NCBI GenBank assembly: GCA_949296705.1
Contig: CASFOW010000042.1
Span: forward strand, 25,096 to 89,095
Length of the DNA: 64,000 nucleotides
Direction: 5' to 3'
Origin: an uncultured bacterium
GTDB taxonomy: Bacteria > Bacillota_I > Bacilli_A > RF39 > UBA660
Below the pieces are notes generated by a model. The model did no database searches and was not told the origin of the DNA. It saw nothing but the letters and a program-made list of their open reading frames with translations. Shown in pieces: positions 19,149 through 28,292 of the stretch (positions are counted from its first letter, which is position 1; each line of letters starts with the position of its first letter). The position numbers and the translations under genes were made by a program.

Positions 19149-19426
19149 AACTATCCTATCCTTTTACTTTTCTTTTCATTATTTTTTATATTGGATAAGC
19201 CAAAGCCTTGGTTTTTCTCTTGCCTTATTGTACCATGCATACTGTAAGTAGTAAATGGGTGTAAAAAATTCCCTTAATTTAAAAAGTAAGTGTAGATTTT
19301 TTTGAAACCGCACAATTAATGTGCAGTTAGTCTTAAAAAGTTATAATTTTTCTAGTACCGAGAACTGTTATCTCGATTCAACTCTTTTAGAGTAATCAAC
19401 CCTCACAAAATTTAATTTGTCTTCAT

Positions 19427-19711
19427 TCATGGTAGTCCAATTTTCACTAGGATTACATCTTCGCCAATTTTGGTAATGCTATGCCATTTTATTTCAGTAT
19501 CCACGCTATTACTACGGTTAAAGAAATGAAAAAAGTTTTTGTTAGGTTCGATGATAAAGGATACGATATTGCCCGTTTCTTCGTCTATTTTTACATCAAT
19601 AATATTTCCTACATTTCTACCATCAGTAATATTAACAATATCTTTACTTTGTAAATCCGATAATCTCATATTACCACCTAACAAAGTATATGAAAAAGAG
19701 ACTTTGTTCAT
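19427..19711 (-). CDS. ymxH: YlmC/YmxH-family sporulation protein (PRC barrel)
   Basis: MRLSDLQSKDIVNITDGRNVGNIIDVKIDEETGNIVSFII is the typical YlmC/YmxH sequence. The track ORF start may be too long; the likely true start is the internal Met (MRLSDL). Confidence 0.75.
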   Translation of the reverse strand: MNKVSFSYTLLGGNMRLSDLQSKDIVNITDGRNVGNIIDVKIDEETGNIVSFIIEPNKNFFHFFNRSNSVDTEIKWHSITKIGEDVILVKIGLP

Positions 19712-20340
19712 GTCTCTTTATCGGTTTAGTTTTCTTGTCTTTAGTAGTTAAAGAGTTAATGTTCCTTTCACATTGTAATTAATTCCTTCGCTGTTTAATT
19801 ATCGTTAGGCTAGTTCTAGAGGTGGTCTACTTTTTTGTTAAAATCTCGAACTTATTAAAATTCATCGGAAGAAAATCGAGATAAGCAATTTCTACTTTAA
19901 AGCTTCTTTTTAAGACATAATAACTTCTTGAAATGAGGGTGTGAAGCGATGGAAATAAAACCAGTATAGTTCTCCTTTTCTTATTTACCATTTGAAAATC
20001 ACGAGTAATTTCTTTAGTGTACCTTCTTTCTCTTACTAATAGATAAAAACTAACCCCAAGATTAAGAGAAAAAAAGAATAAGAACCTTTTTCTAGTTTTA
20101 CTAGCAGATTGTAGTGTAAATTTCGCTAATAGTGAATCTCTTTACAATGAAAGACTTACATTTCAGCAAATGTTTGCTAGTAGTAAGTTCCTCTAAAGAT
20201 TAATAACAAAAGCCTAACTATTTCTGCATTCAATCTTTTCTTAATTTTTTCTAGCCAACAGTCTCCTCTTCTATATTGAAATGACTTTTTATCGTCCAAG
20301 ACATACATCACTTTCATCTACTTCATTATATTTGAAGGTT

Positions 20341-21117
20341 TTATTTTAGTACTTTTTTTAAGGTATTAATTGCATTTTTTTCTAACCTTGAAATTTGAGC
20401 CTGGCTGATACCAAGCTCAGTCGCAATTTCCATTTGAGTTTTACCCATAATATATCGTTCATCGATAATATACTTTTCTCGTTCTTCCAAATCATTAATG
20501 GCATTGTCGAGAGCAAGATTAATATCCATATCGGAAGAAGCTACTTTTTTATCTTCAATCTGATCACAAAGATAAATGGTATCTCCCCCATCATTATAGA
20601 TTGGCTCAAAGATGCTGACAGGACTTTTCATCGAATCTAATGCTGTGATTACTTCGTAATCCTTTACACCTAACGATTTAGCTACTTCTTCTAATGGAAC
20701 TTCTTTTCCTTGTTCTAAAGTTAAACGTTCCTTTTCTTTTAGACTATTGTAAGCTAAATCTTTTAAAGAGCGACTAACTCTAACACTGTTGTTGTCTCGT
20801 AAGTACCTTTTTACTTCACCTAGAATCATAGGAACAGCATAGGTAGATAATTTTACCCCGTGGGAAATGTCAAAATTATCGATAGCTTTAACTAACCCAA
20901 TACACCCTACTTGAAATAAATCATCTAAGTTTTCATTACGGCGATTGAATCGTTTTAAAATACTTAAAACTAGTTTTAGGTTACCTTCGATTAATTCTTC
21001 ACGAGCAGTGGGATCATTTTCTTTCATTCTTCTAAAAAGATTCTCAGTCTCCTCACTACTCAATACTTTCATGCTCGCTGTATTCACGCCACTAATTTCT
21101 ACTTTGTGACGTGCCAT
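20341..21117 (-). CDS. sigG: Sporulation sigma factor SigG
   Basis: KVEISGV...EGNLKLVLSILKRFNRR...DDLFQVGCIGLVKAIDNFD...STYAVPMILGEVKRYLRDNN...GISQAQISRLEK closely matches B. subtilis SigG. The start is chosen at MARHK (ATG 21117) because of RBS AAAGGAGAT. The track ORF begins 8 codons earlier. Confidence 0.85.
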   Translation of the reverse strand: MARHKVEISGVNTASMKVLSSEETENLFRRMKENDPTAREELIEGNLKLVLSILKRFNRRNENLDDLFQVGCIGLVKAIDNFDISHGVKLSTYAVPMILGEVKRYLRDNNSVRVSRSLKDLAYNSLKEKERLTLEQGKEVPLEEVAKSLGVKDYEVITALDSMKSPVSIFEPIYNDGGDTIYLCDQIEDKKVASSDMDINLALDNAINDLEEREKYIIDERYIMGKTQMEIATELGISQAQISRLEKNAINTLKKVLK

Positions 21118-21162
21118 AAAAAAATCTCCTTTCGTATTCATTTTGAAACAAAAGAAAGATTT

Positions 21163-21921
21163 CTATTCATTTTCATATACGGTTATTGAGGTTGTTCCTT
21201 CAAAATACTCGATATTAGCATTACACCAAGCTAAATTTGGTTCATTCCCTGCACCAAAGGTTTTAGTTAGATTAATGACGATGATGTTATCTACATAGCC
21301 TTCGATATTACTTGTGCTATCTGCTCCTATTTGAGCAAAAATTTCAGTATCATCTCCTACTTTACCAATCATTCCATGGCGAATAAAACTATCATCAGTT
21401 GCAGTAGTAATAGTATATTTTCCTTCTAGTTCTTCTATTTTGTAACCATGAGTCGTCCCTTCCTCTTTATTTTGATTATAAGTAAGTCCCGCGCTCAACC
21501 CACCATCAATAATAGATTCTACATTAACTGATGCACCAAAATAAATTAAATCTCCTTTAGAAATAGCGCCTGATAATCGTTGATACTGCCAACCATTTAA
21601 ACTAATATGTAAACTTTTACTACCTGATTTATAAAAATTAGATACTATTTCATTTTGTGTAGTATTACTTGTTGTAACCATGTCTGTAGTCCAGCCCGTA
21701 GCTCCATCCTCAAATCCACCATTTGTAATCATATTTCTAAGTTGATAAGTGCTTCCTTTTACGCCACTCGCTTCCATTTTGATAGAATCTGACATATTAT
21801 TGACATTTTTTTCACCGGTGGATAGAACAGATAGAATCAAAAGCAACACCATAATAATAATCGTTGATGCACCGTATAAGACAACTGAAGCAGCAAATCC
21901 TTTATTATTTAATTCTCTCAT
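21163..21921 (-). CDS. Exported protein with a CBM4/9-like carbohydrate-binding motif
   Basis: N-terminal hydrophobic anchor. The motif TNGGFEDGATGWT is typical of the CBM_4_9 beta-sandwich. Confidence 0.45.
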   Translation of the reverse strand: MRELNNKGFAASVVLYGASTIIIMVLLLILSVLSTGEKNVNNMSDSIKMEASGVKGSTYQLRNMITNGGFEDGATGWTTDMVTTSNTTQNEIVSNFYKSGSKSLHISLNGWQYQRLSGAISKGDLIYFGASVNVESIIDGGLSAGLTYNQNKEEGTTHGYKIEELEGKYTITTATDDSFIRHGMIGKVGDDTEIFAQIGADSTSNIEGYVDNIIVINLTKTFGAGNEPNLAWCNANIEYFEGTTSITVYENE

Positions 21922-22224
21922 CCTATCACCCTATCTTATTCTATATTCATTATATAACATTTTTCGGTGATTGCAACTTTTTATTTTTAGAAAGTAATAC
22001 CACAAAATTGTTTTTTACAATACAAAAAAATAGCCTTGTATTAGATTATAAGAAATAATATTAAAAAAGAGAAACAAACAAAGATTACAACTTTACTTAC
22101 CATCCCACGAACTAGTAGGCATAAAAAGTAACTTTTTATCATTTTCGATTGACTTTAGCACCTACTTTATATTATAGTGAAGAAGTGGGTTGCATTTTTT
22201 TGAAAAGAATAAGGAGATACTATT

Positions 22225-22302
22225 ATGAAAAAAATTTATGAATACTTTGGTAGTTATGGGGTTTTTAAAATCATCAATAAAGGAAGAAGAACATATCGAT
22301 AA
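22225..22302 (+). CDS. Candidate small ORF (25 aa) with its own RBS and promoter
   Basis: AAGGAGAT lies 7 nt upstream of ATG. The peptide is MKKIYEYFGSYGVFKIINKGRRTYR. An upstream TTGACT...TATATTATAG promoter-like motif is present. Speculative. Confidence 0.2.
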   Translation: MKKIYEYFGSYGVFKIINKGRRTYR

Positions 22303-22437
22303 ATCCATAGGACATAGAAATATGTCTTTTTTAATTGTGTACAAACTTTAGTTATGTAGACCCCACATAATTTTAAGCAAAAAATAAAGCACTGCGATAA
22401 ACAGTACCTTTAACCCATCTAGGGATAATTTCAAATA

Positions 22438-22529
22438 TGGCGGAGACAGAGGGATTTGAACCCTCGCGCCAGTATTCCCGACCTACACCCTTAGCAGGGG
22501 CGCCTCTTCAGCCTCTTGAGTATGTCTCC
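22438..22529 (-). tRNA. tRNA-Ser (GCT)
   Basis: 92 nt: GGAGACA acceptor stem, anticodon loop CUGCUAA, long variable arm, T-loop GGTTCAAATCC, encoded CCA. The track ORF 22437..22622 (+) is its antisense. Confidence 0.9.
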
Positions 22530-22616
22530 ATTATAGAAACGGTTCATTGCATCCGTAGTTATAATGATACCGTATTCTTTAAAAGTTGTCAACTAATTTC
22601 CCTTACTAATTTTTGC

Positions 22617-24074
22617 TTATAACGGTTTTCCACACATGAAACATTTAAGAGAACCATTTTTTATTTTAGCACCGCAATGGGGACAAGTAATATATTCACT
22701 TTGTTCGCCTGATAGATTATTTGTTGGTTGGGTAGGAATATTATTCGTGATAGGTGGTATTTCTGATTGAAATGGAGGTATTGCAGTATTAGAATCAGTT
22801 GCTGGGAATGACATAGCGGGAATTTCTTTTTCTTCAATTTTAATTGCTTCTATTGGTTGTGGTGAAGAAAAATCGGTTAAAGGATTTAGCGTAGTTTCAT
22901 TATCTATCATCGATGGATTAGTTGAATTAGACATTATAGAATTTCCAATAGAATTTTCTACTGGTACTGATTCTTGTTGGATAATCGGAATTCCAAATTG
23001 CATCATATTAGAAGTTATTGATTCTGCATTCTCAAATGGAACATTTTCGTTTGACAATGATGAACTAGTAGCCGGAGTAATAGTAGAGCCAGTAGTATTG
23101 ATTACATCTTTATTTTGATCCAATAAATTTTGAAGATTAATATCATTGGCTGGGTGCGAATTTTCATTGATTGGTGAAGTATTTATTTGCTGAGCAGAAT
23201 TTTCTGTGTTATTTTCTAATGGATTAGGTTCCTGTTGAATTGCTGGAATTCCAATTTCTGGCATATTAAAAGCTGACGATTCTTGATTATTAGTTACCAT
23301 TTGTGCATCCTGAGTGGTGGTAATTGATTCTTGTGAAGATCCACTATCTGTTGCCTTTTGAGGAGTTGTTTCAATAAACTGTACATCGGCCAACAAATCT
23401 ATTCCATTGTTTTGTGATTTAGTATTTAATTCTTGTTGTTGAGAAGCATCTACTCTAAAGTCAGCTAAATTAGGTTTTTGAACTTTTTTCTTTCCTTCAA
23501 TATTGACCAACGTCTTTTGATAATCTTTCTGATAGACTCCGCCACCTAATGACATTTCTACCTTTTTCCGTTCTTGAAGTGGTTGAGCAGGCTTGTTAAT
23601 TGGATCTTCGTTACTTTCTTCGATAACTGGCAAATCTTTAGCTACTGATTTCCCAGACATAGCTTCAGAGTTAATTCCTATGTATTCGCTACTACCAAAA
23701 CCTAAAATTGGAATAAAAATTAGTGGAAAAAGTAACATTCCCAATATGAAAAGCGACGGTTTTCGAAAGGCTTTTCCTAATGCAACTATCACTTGGAAAT
23801 AAAAAATAAGATTAATAATAGGAATAAGTAACAATAATATGTAAATTTTTGGCTTATTGATAATTTCTAACAATACCCATAAATTATAAAAAGGTATATA
23901 AGCAGCAATACCAGAACGATTAGCCTTTTTAAATATTTTCATTAAAGCAATTAAGGTAATGATAAATAAGATAATTAATATTCCTACTCCAATCATAATT
24001 GGCACAATAAATTCATTTATCTTGGTCTCATACGTTGTGGGAAAGTCCTCATACAAGGTATCTAGTATAAACAT
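22617..24074 (-). CDS. Membrane protein with low-complexity linker, internal repeat and C-terminal zinc-ribbon
   Basis: N-terminus of about 130 aa with 3-4 TM helices. N/S/T/Q-rich region containing two related repeats (NMPEIGIPAIQQEPNPLEN / MMQFGIPIIQQESVPVEN). C-terminus CPHCGAKIKNGSLKCFMCGKPL. Confidence 0.6.
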   Translation of the reverse strand: MFILDTLYEDFPTTYETKINEFIVPIMIGVGILIILFIITLIALMKIFKKANRSGIAAYIPFYNLWVLLEIINKPKIYILLLLIPIINLIFYFQVIVALGKAFRKPSLFILGMLLFPLIFIPILGFGSSEYIGINSEAMSGKSVAKDLPVIEESNEDPINKPAQPLQERKKVEMSLGGGVYQKDYQKTLVNIEGKKKVQKPNLADFRVDASQQQELNTKSQNNGIDLLADVQFIETTPQKATDSGSSQESITTTQDAQMVTNNQESSAFNMPEIGIPAIQQEPNPLENNTENSAQQINTSPINENSHPANDINLQNLLDQNKDVINTTGSTITPATSSSLSNENVPFENAESITSNMMQFGIPIIQQESVPVENSIGNSIMSNSTNPSMIDNETTLNPLTDFSSPQPIEAIKIEEKEIPAMSFPATDSNTAIPPFQSEIPPITNNIPTQPTNNLSGEQSEYITCPHCGAKIKNGSLKCFMCGKPL

Positions 24075-24227
24075 AACAAGCCCCTCCTACTCTTAGCTTT
24101 ATTTTATTCTTCTATTATATAGTAACACAACTTAGCTAATTTTAGTCCACTTTTTTTTATTTCCTTATTTTTGTTTTTTAGTTTTATATGTTAACATAAA
24201 AAAATGCACCTAATTTGTACCTGAAAA

Positions 24228-24257
24228 TAGAAAAAAACCCTTACGGAATAAGGGTTG
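24228..24257 (-). terminator. Rho-independent terminator after the tRNA-Asn/tRNA-Glu unit
   Basis: Minus strand: AACCCTTA-TTCCG-TAAGGGTT followed by TTTTTTCTATTTT. Confidence 0.6.
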
Positions 24258-24266
24258 AGTAACATA

Positions 24267-24343
24267 TGGTGACCAGTACGGGATTCGGACCCGTGAATGC
24301 CGCCGTGAAAGGGCGGTGTGTTAAGCCACTTCACCAACTGGCC
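24267..24343 (-). tRNA. tRNA-Glu (TTC)
   Basis: Anticodon stem-loop CCGCC-CTTTCAC-GGCGG, T-loop TCCGAAT, acceptor GGCCAGT/ACTGGTC, encoded CCA. Confidence 0.85.
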
Positions 24344-24349
24344 AAAAGA

Positions 24350-24425
24350 TGGCGCCTGATGTAGGACTCGGACCTACGACCTATCGGTTAACAGCCGAGT
24401 GCTCTACCAACTGAGCTAATCAGGC
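24350..24425 (-). tRNA. tRNA-Asn (GTT)
   Basis: Acceptor GCCTGAT/ATCAGGC, D-arm GCTCAGTTGGTAGAGC, anticodon loop CTGTTAA, encoded CCA. One mismatch at the top of the anticodon stem. Confidence 0.8.
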
Positions 24426-24454
24426 ACATGAATAATTTCATAAAGCCATTTCAT

Positions 24455-24481
24455 TATATAATACAATTTTTACTTTGGCAA
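24455..24481 (-). promoter_or_regulatory. Putative sigma-A promoter for the tRNA-Asn/tRNA-Glu unit
   Basis: Minus strand TTGCCA-N17-TATAAT, about 25 nt upstream of tRNA-Asn. Confidence 0.45.
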
Positions 24482-24570
24482 TACTTTTTTTCAAAAATCT
24501 TTATTTTATTTTCACTTTCTGGTAAATTAGTGGGAAAACCAGAACGGTTTTCCACATAATTTCCCTATTT

Positions 24571-25947
24571 TTAGAAATCACAGTTACCTGGAGTTCTTGG
24601 ATACGGAATAACATCTCGAATATTTTCTACTCCTGTTAAGTAAATCAATAAGCGTTCAAATCCCATTCCAAATCCCGAATGTACGCAACCTCCAAAACGG
24701 CGTAAATTCAAATACCATTCCATTCCTTCAATAGGAACGTGCATTTCTTTCATTCTGGCAACTAATTTATCATAATCTTCTTCTCTTTGACTGCCTCCCA
24801 TTAGTTCCCCAGCGCCTGGTACTTCTAAGTCTACGGCAGCTACAGTTTTTCCATCTGAATTTTGTTTCATATAAAATGCCTTAATATCCTTTGGCCAATC
24901 TGTAATAAAGACTGGACCATCAAAATACTCGGTAATATATTTTTCATGTTCTTTGGCAATATCTTCCCCATATTCTGGCGCAAACTCCCATTTTACATCA
25001 GCTTTTTTCAAAATAGTGATCACATCCTCGTGACGAATTCTTGTGAATTTACTATTTACTAGCTTCGTCAATTTCTCAATTAATCCCTTTTCTACATATT
25101 GATCACAGAAAGCCATTTCCTCTTTGGCATGTTCTAACACATATTTTACTATAAATTTCAACATATCTTCTTCTACATCCATCAACTCTTCAAGATCACA
25201 GAATGCCATTTCTGGTTCAATCATCCAAAATTCACTAGCATGGGTTTTAGTATTAGAATTTTCAGCTCGGAAAGTTGGACCAAAAGTATATATGTTTCTG
25301 AATGCTAAAGCAAAAGTTTCTCCTTGTAGTTGGCCAGAAACAGTAAGTGATGCGGGTTTGCCAAAGAAATCTTTACTATAGTCTACTTTACCTGTTTCGG
25401 CCACCTTTTCTAAATCTAAGGTTGTTACTTGAAACATTTCTCCAGCACCCTCACAATCACTTGCGGTAATTAGTGGTGCATGTAAATACACAAATCCTTT
25501 TTCTTGAAAATAAGTATGAATTGCCATTGCCGCAACACTTCTAATTCTAAATACAGCTTGAAACAAGTTAGCTCGGGGGCGAAGATAGCCTATTTCCCGC
25601 AAAAATTCACGAGAGTGTTGCTTTGGCTGTAGTGGATAATCATCACTACAATCTCCTTCTAACGTTACTTCTTTGGCTTTAATTTCATATTGTTGACCTT
25701 TACCCTCCGATTTTACTAATTTTCCTACTACGCGAATCGCGCTGCCATGCTTAAGGGATTCTATCTTTTCATAGTCTTTACTATTTTCTTTATCATATAC
25801 AATTTGGATATGGGTAAAACATGTCCCATCAGAAAAGTCAATAAACCCAAATTCTTTCTGCTTACGATGCCTTCTTATCCATCCTTTAATTTCTACCTCT
25901 TTGTCTAGATATGTTTCTACTTTGTCATATAATTCTCTTAATGTCAT
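24571..25947 (-). CDS. asnS: Asparagine--tRNA ligase
   Basis: 458 aa. N-terminal OB anticodon-binding domain, then a class II core with FRAE, GxGxER-type (GFERL) and other AsnRS-typical segments (HAPLITASDCEGAGEMF). Confidence 0.9.
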   Translation of the reverse strand: MTLRELYDKVETYLDKEVEIKGWIRRHRKQKEFGFIDFSDGTCFTHIQIVYDKENSKDYEKIESLKHGSAIRVVGKLVKSEGKGQQYEIKAKEVTLEGDCSDDYPLQPKQHSREFLREIGYLRPRANLFQAVFRIRSVAAMAIHTYFQEKGFVYLHAPLITASDCEGAGEMFQVTTLDLEKVAETGKVDYSKDFFGKPASLTVSGQLQGETFALAFRNIYTFGPTFRAENSNTKTHASEFWMIEPEMAFCDLEELMDVEEDMLKFIVKYVLEHAKEEMAFCDQYVEKGLIEKLTKLVNSKFTRIRHEDVITILKKADVKWEFAPEYGEDIAKEHEKYITEYFDGPVFITDWPKDIKAFYMKQNSDGKTVAAVDLEVPGAGELMGGSQREEDYDKLVARMKEMHVPIEGMEWYLNLRRFGGCVHSGFGMGFERLLIYLTGVENIRDVIPYPRTPGNCDF

Positions 25948-26171
25948 TATTCTACCTCCTCAAAACGATATTTTTGCGACACTTGGGGATATTTTTTTGT
26001 ATCTACTAACGAATTAAATAACGAATAAGGTCTTACCCATACTTCATCAGTTCCTTCGTGAGTATAAACTACCATATCCTCCAGAGTTTCACTATGTTTA
26101 GCTATCGCTATTACTTTATGCGTTGTTCCTTTAAAATGTCGATAATAACTTCCTACTTTAATTTTTCTCAT
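25947..26171 (-). CDS. DUF1653-family small protein
   Basis: YRHFKG...HSETLEDMVVY...WVRP pattern. Stop/start overlap with asnS. Confidence 0.6.
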   Translation of the reverse strand: MRKIKVGSYYRHFKGTTHKVIAIAKHSETLEDMVVYTHEGTDEVWVRPYSLFNSLVDTKKYPQVSQKYRFEEVE

Positions 26172-26186
26172 CTTTATTCTCCTTCT

Positions 26187-26783
26187 TTATTTTTTAAGAC
26201 ATAACGGCTCTTTTTCAGGCAGTTTAGTCATTATGCTATTTCTATTTATCATATTTAAAAATTTGATAATTTCTTCTGGTTTGATAAACATACTCATTCC
26301 ATTATATAAGGGATGGAATACTAGTAATTCACTTTTTAGCAATTCTTTATCGATAATTAATTCCACTTGTCGAGCATTGTCATACAAAAGATTAAATATC
26401 GAAATATTGCCAGGATAGGTATTTAAAAGATAATATAGTTCCTCCTCGGAAATAAATTCAAGTTTAGTACTAACTAAGACATCTTTTAATTTTTTTAAGT
26501 CTACTTGTTTACTTTGGTCAGTGATAATCAAAAACTTTCGATGCTTTCCTTTTCGCTCATGCACAGCTAAGTTTTTACAAATTGTATAATTTTTTACATA
26601 GCTACAAAAACGTTGGTAGTAATTTTTTGATTCATCACACCCTAATACTTCTGGGTGCTTAAAGCAATACTCATAGAAAATGTTTTTTTGTTCTAAAAAA
26701 TCACAGAATAATTGAGCTTTTTTAATTTTTTCCCAAGAACTCTTATTCGTCAGATTATCCATAATCACGTGAGAATCTACCAT
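26187..26783 (-). CDS. YbaK/ProX-like aminoacyl-tRNA trans-editing (deacylase) domain protein
   Basis: C-terminal half FLIITDQSKQVDLKKLKDVL...YPGNISIFNLLYD...ELIIDKELLKSELLVFHP...MSMFIKPEEIIKFL aligns with E. coli YbaK LIMAVVPGDRRVNLKKLAAL...PGGVSPFGQ...VWLDTALLDHETVYV. N-terminal part is Cys-rich and unknown. Confidence 0.5.
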   Translation of the reverse strand: MVDSHVIMDNLTNKSSWEKIKKAQLFCDFLEQKNIFYEYCFKHPEVLGCDESKNYYQRFCSYVKNYTICKNLAVHERKGKHRKFLIITDQSKQVDLKKLKDVLVSTKLEFISEEELYYLLNTYPGNISIFNLLYDNARQVELIIDKELLKSELLVFHPLYNGMSMFIKPEEIIKFLNMINRNSIMTKLPEKEPLCLKK

Positions 26784-26892
26784 TTGCTCATATTTTCTCG
26801 TGATACGATATTGAATAATTTTTTGTTCACTTTCGTTTAATATTGGGTAAGGTCACTGCACTCATAAAATTTTCCTTCTTTCTTTTTCATCA

Positions 26893-27186
26893 TAAGTAAA
26901 AGACTAGTTCGCATCCAACACGTATTCAGATACGTATGGGACGAAACTAGTCTTCCGCGGTGCCACCCAATTTATCATAAACATTTCTGTTTGATTATGA
27001 TCCCTTTCGATTCTATTAAATCTAGTAATAAGATAACGGATTACTTCCGACTTACACTACTCTTTTGATTTCGCATAAGCAACTCCAAAGTGTTCTTCAT
27101 ATTGTTTTTATTGTTAGCTTCCACCATACCTAACTCGCTAGAATAAAAAAATCAATATTACTTTTCTTTATCTCAGTCGTTGTAGA
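26893..27186 (-). promoter_or_regulatory. T-box riboswitch leader, probable Asn (AAC) specifier, controlling the ybaK-like/DUF1653/asnS operon
   Basis: Minus strand carries the T-box sequence AAUUGGGUGGCACCGCGG (plus 26955..26973), followed by the terminator helix AAGACUAGUUUCG...CGAACUAGUCUUUU. A candidate specifier GAAGAACAC lies in the upstream stem I region. Promoter TTGACA-N17-TATATT sits at about 27190-27225. Confidence 0.6.
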
Positions 27187-27279
27187 AAATATATCATTTT
27201 TTATATTATATGTCAATCTTTTTTTGTTATTCATAAATTCTATTATAAGTTTAGTTTCTAGGAAAGCTATTTAGGAACC

Positions 27280-27307
27280 CAAAAAGATATCTATTTCTAG
27301 ATATCTC
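27280..27307 (-). terminator. Rho-independent terminator after tRNA-Ile
   Basis: Minus strand AGATATCTA-GAAA-TAGATATCT followed by TTTTT. Confidence 0.55.
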
Positions 27308-27341
27308 TCTATTCAACCTTATTTCTAAGGGCATTTTTAAA

Positions 27342-27418
<77 letters not shown>

Positions 27419-27574
27419 ATTTAAAAATTGTTGACTGTTACTATTTTACACTAACTTACTGTTCTCGCGCAAGCCTTTTTTGATTTTTTTTCAACTAATT
27501 CACAAGAACGTTTTTATTATATATCAAATTATTTTGAACGTCAACATTTTTTAATATCTTTTATAATATTTTAA

Positions 27575-28123
27575 CTATTCATCCTCGGCACTAAAAAATT
27601 CTTCAATCGCGTCTTTTCCTTCATATCTCTCTGTTACTTTATGATTAGAAATTTTTAATAATGATGGGTTTTTTACCTTCAATTGATCAAAACTATCTGG
27701 ATTTGACTCATACTCTTCGCCCTCTTGAACTAGGAAACCTTTATTAAAACCTTTTTCCATATCTACTAAATATATTTTAGGATTCTCGGTATCAGCTTCG
27801 AATACATCTTTATAAGTAATGTAACTTGAGGCATAATTACTTGTGAAATCGAATAATAGGGCATAATACTCATCGCCTGGTTGGTTAAAGATTTCTCCCA
27901 TGATGATTTCTTCATATTGAATTTCGGCAGGGACTTTTTCCTCTTCCTTAGGTGAACCAAATTTAATTTCTCCTGTCATCAATCCAGCAATTACATACGT
28001 AATTCCTAATACAGCTAAAACAGCGAATAAAATAATCACAGTTTTTACTACTTCATTATTGTAACTTGAGTTACTTGTTGTTATCTTTTTTTGTTTTTTC
28101 TTTTTGCTCATGTTTATCACCAC
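27575..28123 (-). CDS. Hypothetical membrane-anchored protein
   Basis: Lys-rich N-terminus, one TM segment (VIILFAVLAVLGITYVIAGL), acidic soluble domain. No known motif recognised. Confidence 0.5.
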   Translation of the reverse strand: MVINMSKKKKQKKITTSNSSYNNEVVKTVIILFAVLAVLGITYVIAGLMTGEIKFGSPKEEEKVPAEIQYEEIIMGEIFNQPGDEYYALLFDFTSNYASSYITYKDVFEADTENPKIYLVDMEKGFNKGFLVQEGEEYESNPDSFDQLKVKNPSLLKISNHKVTERYEGKDAIEEFFSAEDE

Positions 28124-28292
28124 ATTCCGATTATATCACGTTAGAAGAAGAAAAGTCAAAAGATAGCTATCAATTTCTAAAAAATATGTATTTTCTTATG
28201 AAATACACATTTTGGGTCATAATGCACTTAATTGTACGCTTTACTTAAAGCTTAACAAAAATAGGAAATTCAAAAAAGAGCCAATATTGACT

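Noticed and set aside
22162-22344. 60-aa minus-strand ORF
   Set aside because: No RBS, Cys/Phe-rich odd composition. It overlaps a better-supported small plus-strand ORF and promoter.
22437-22622. 61-aa plus-strand ORF (MAETEGFEPSR...)
   Set aside because: It is the antisense of tRNA-Ser(GCT) at 22438..22529. The apparent codons come from the tRNA T-arm and acceptor sequence.
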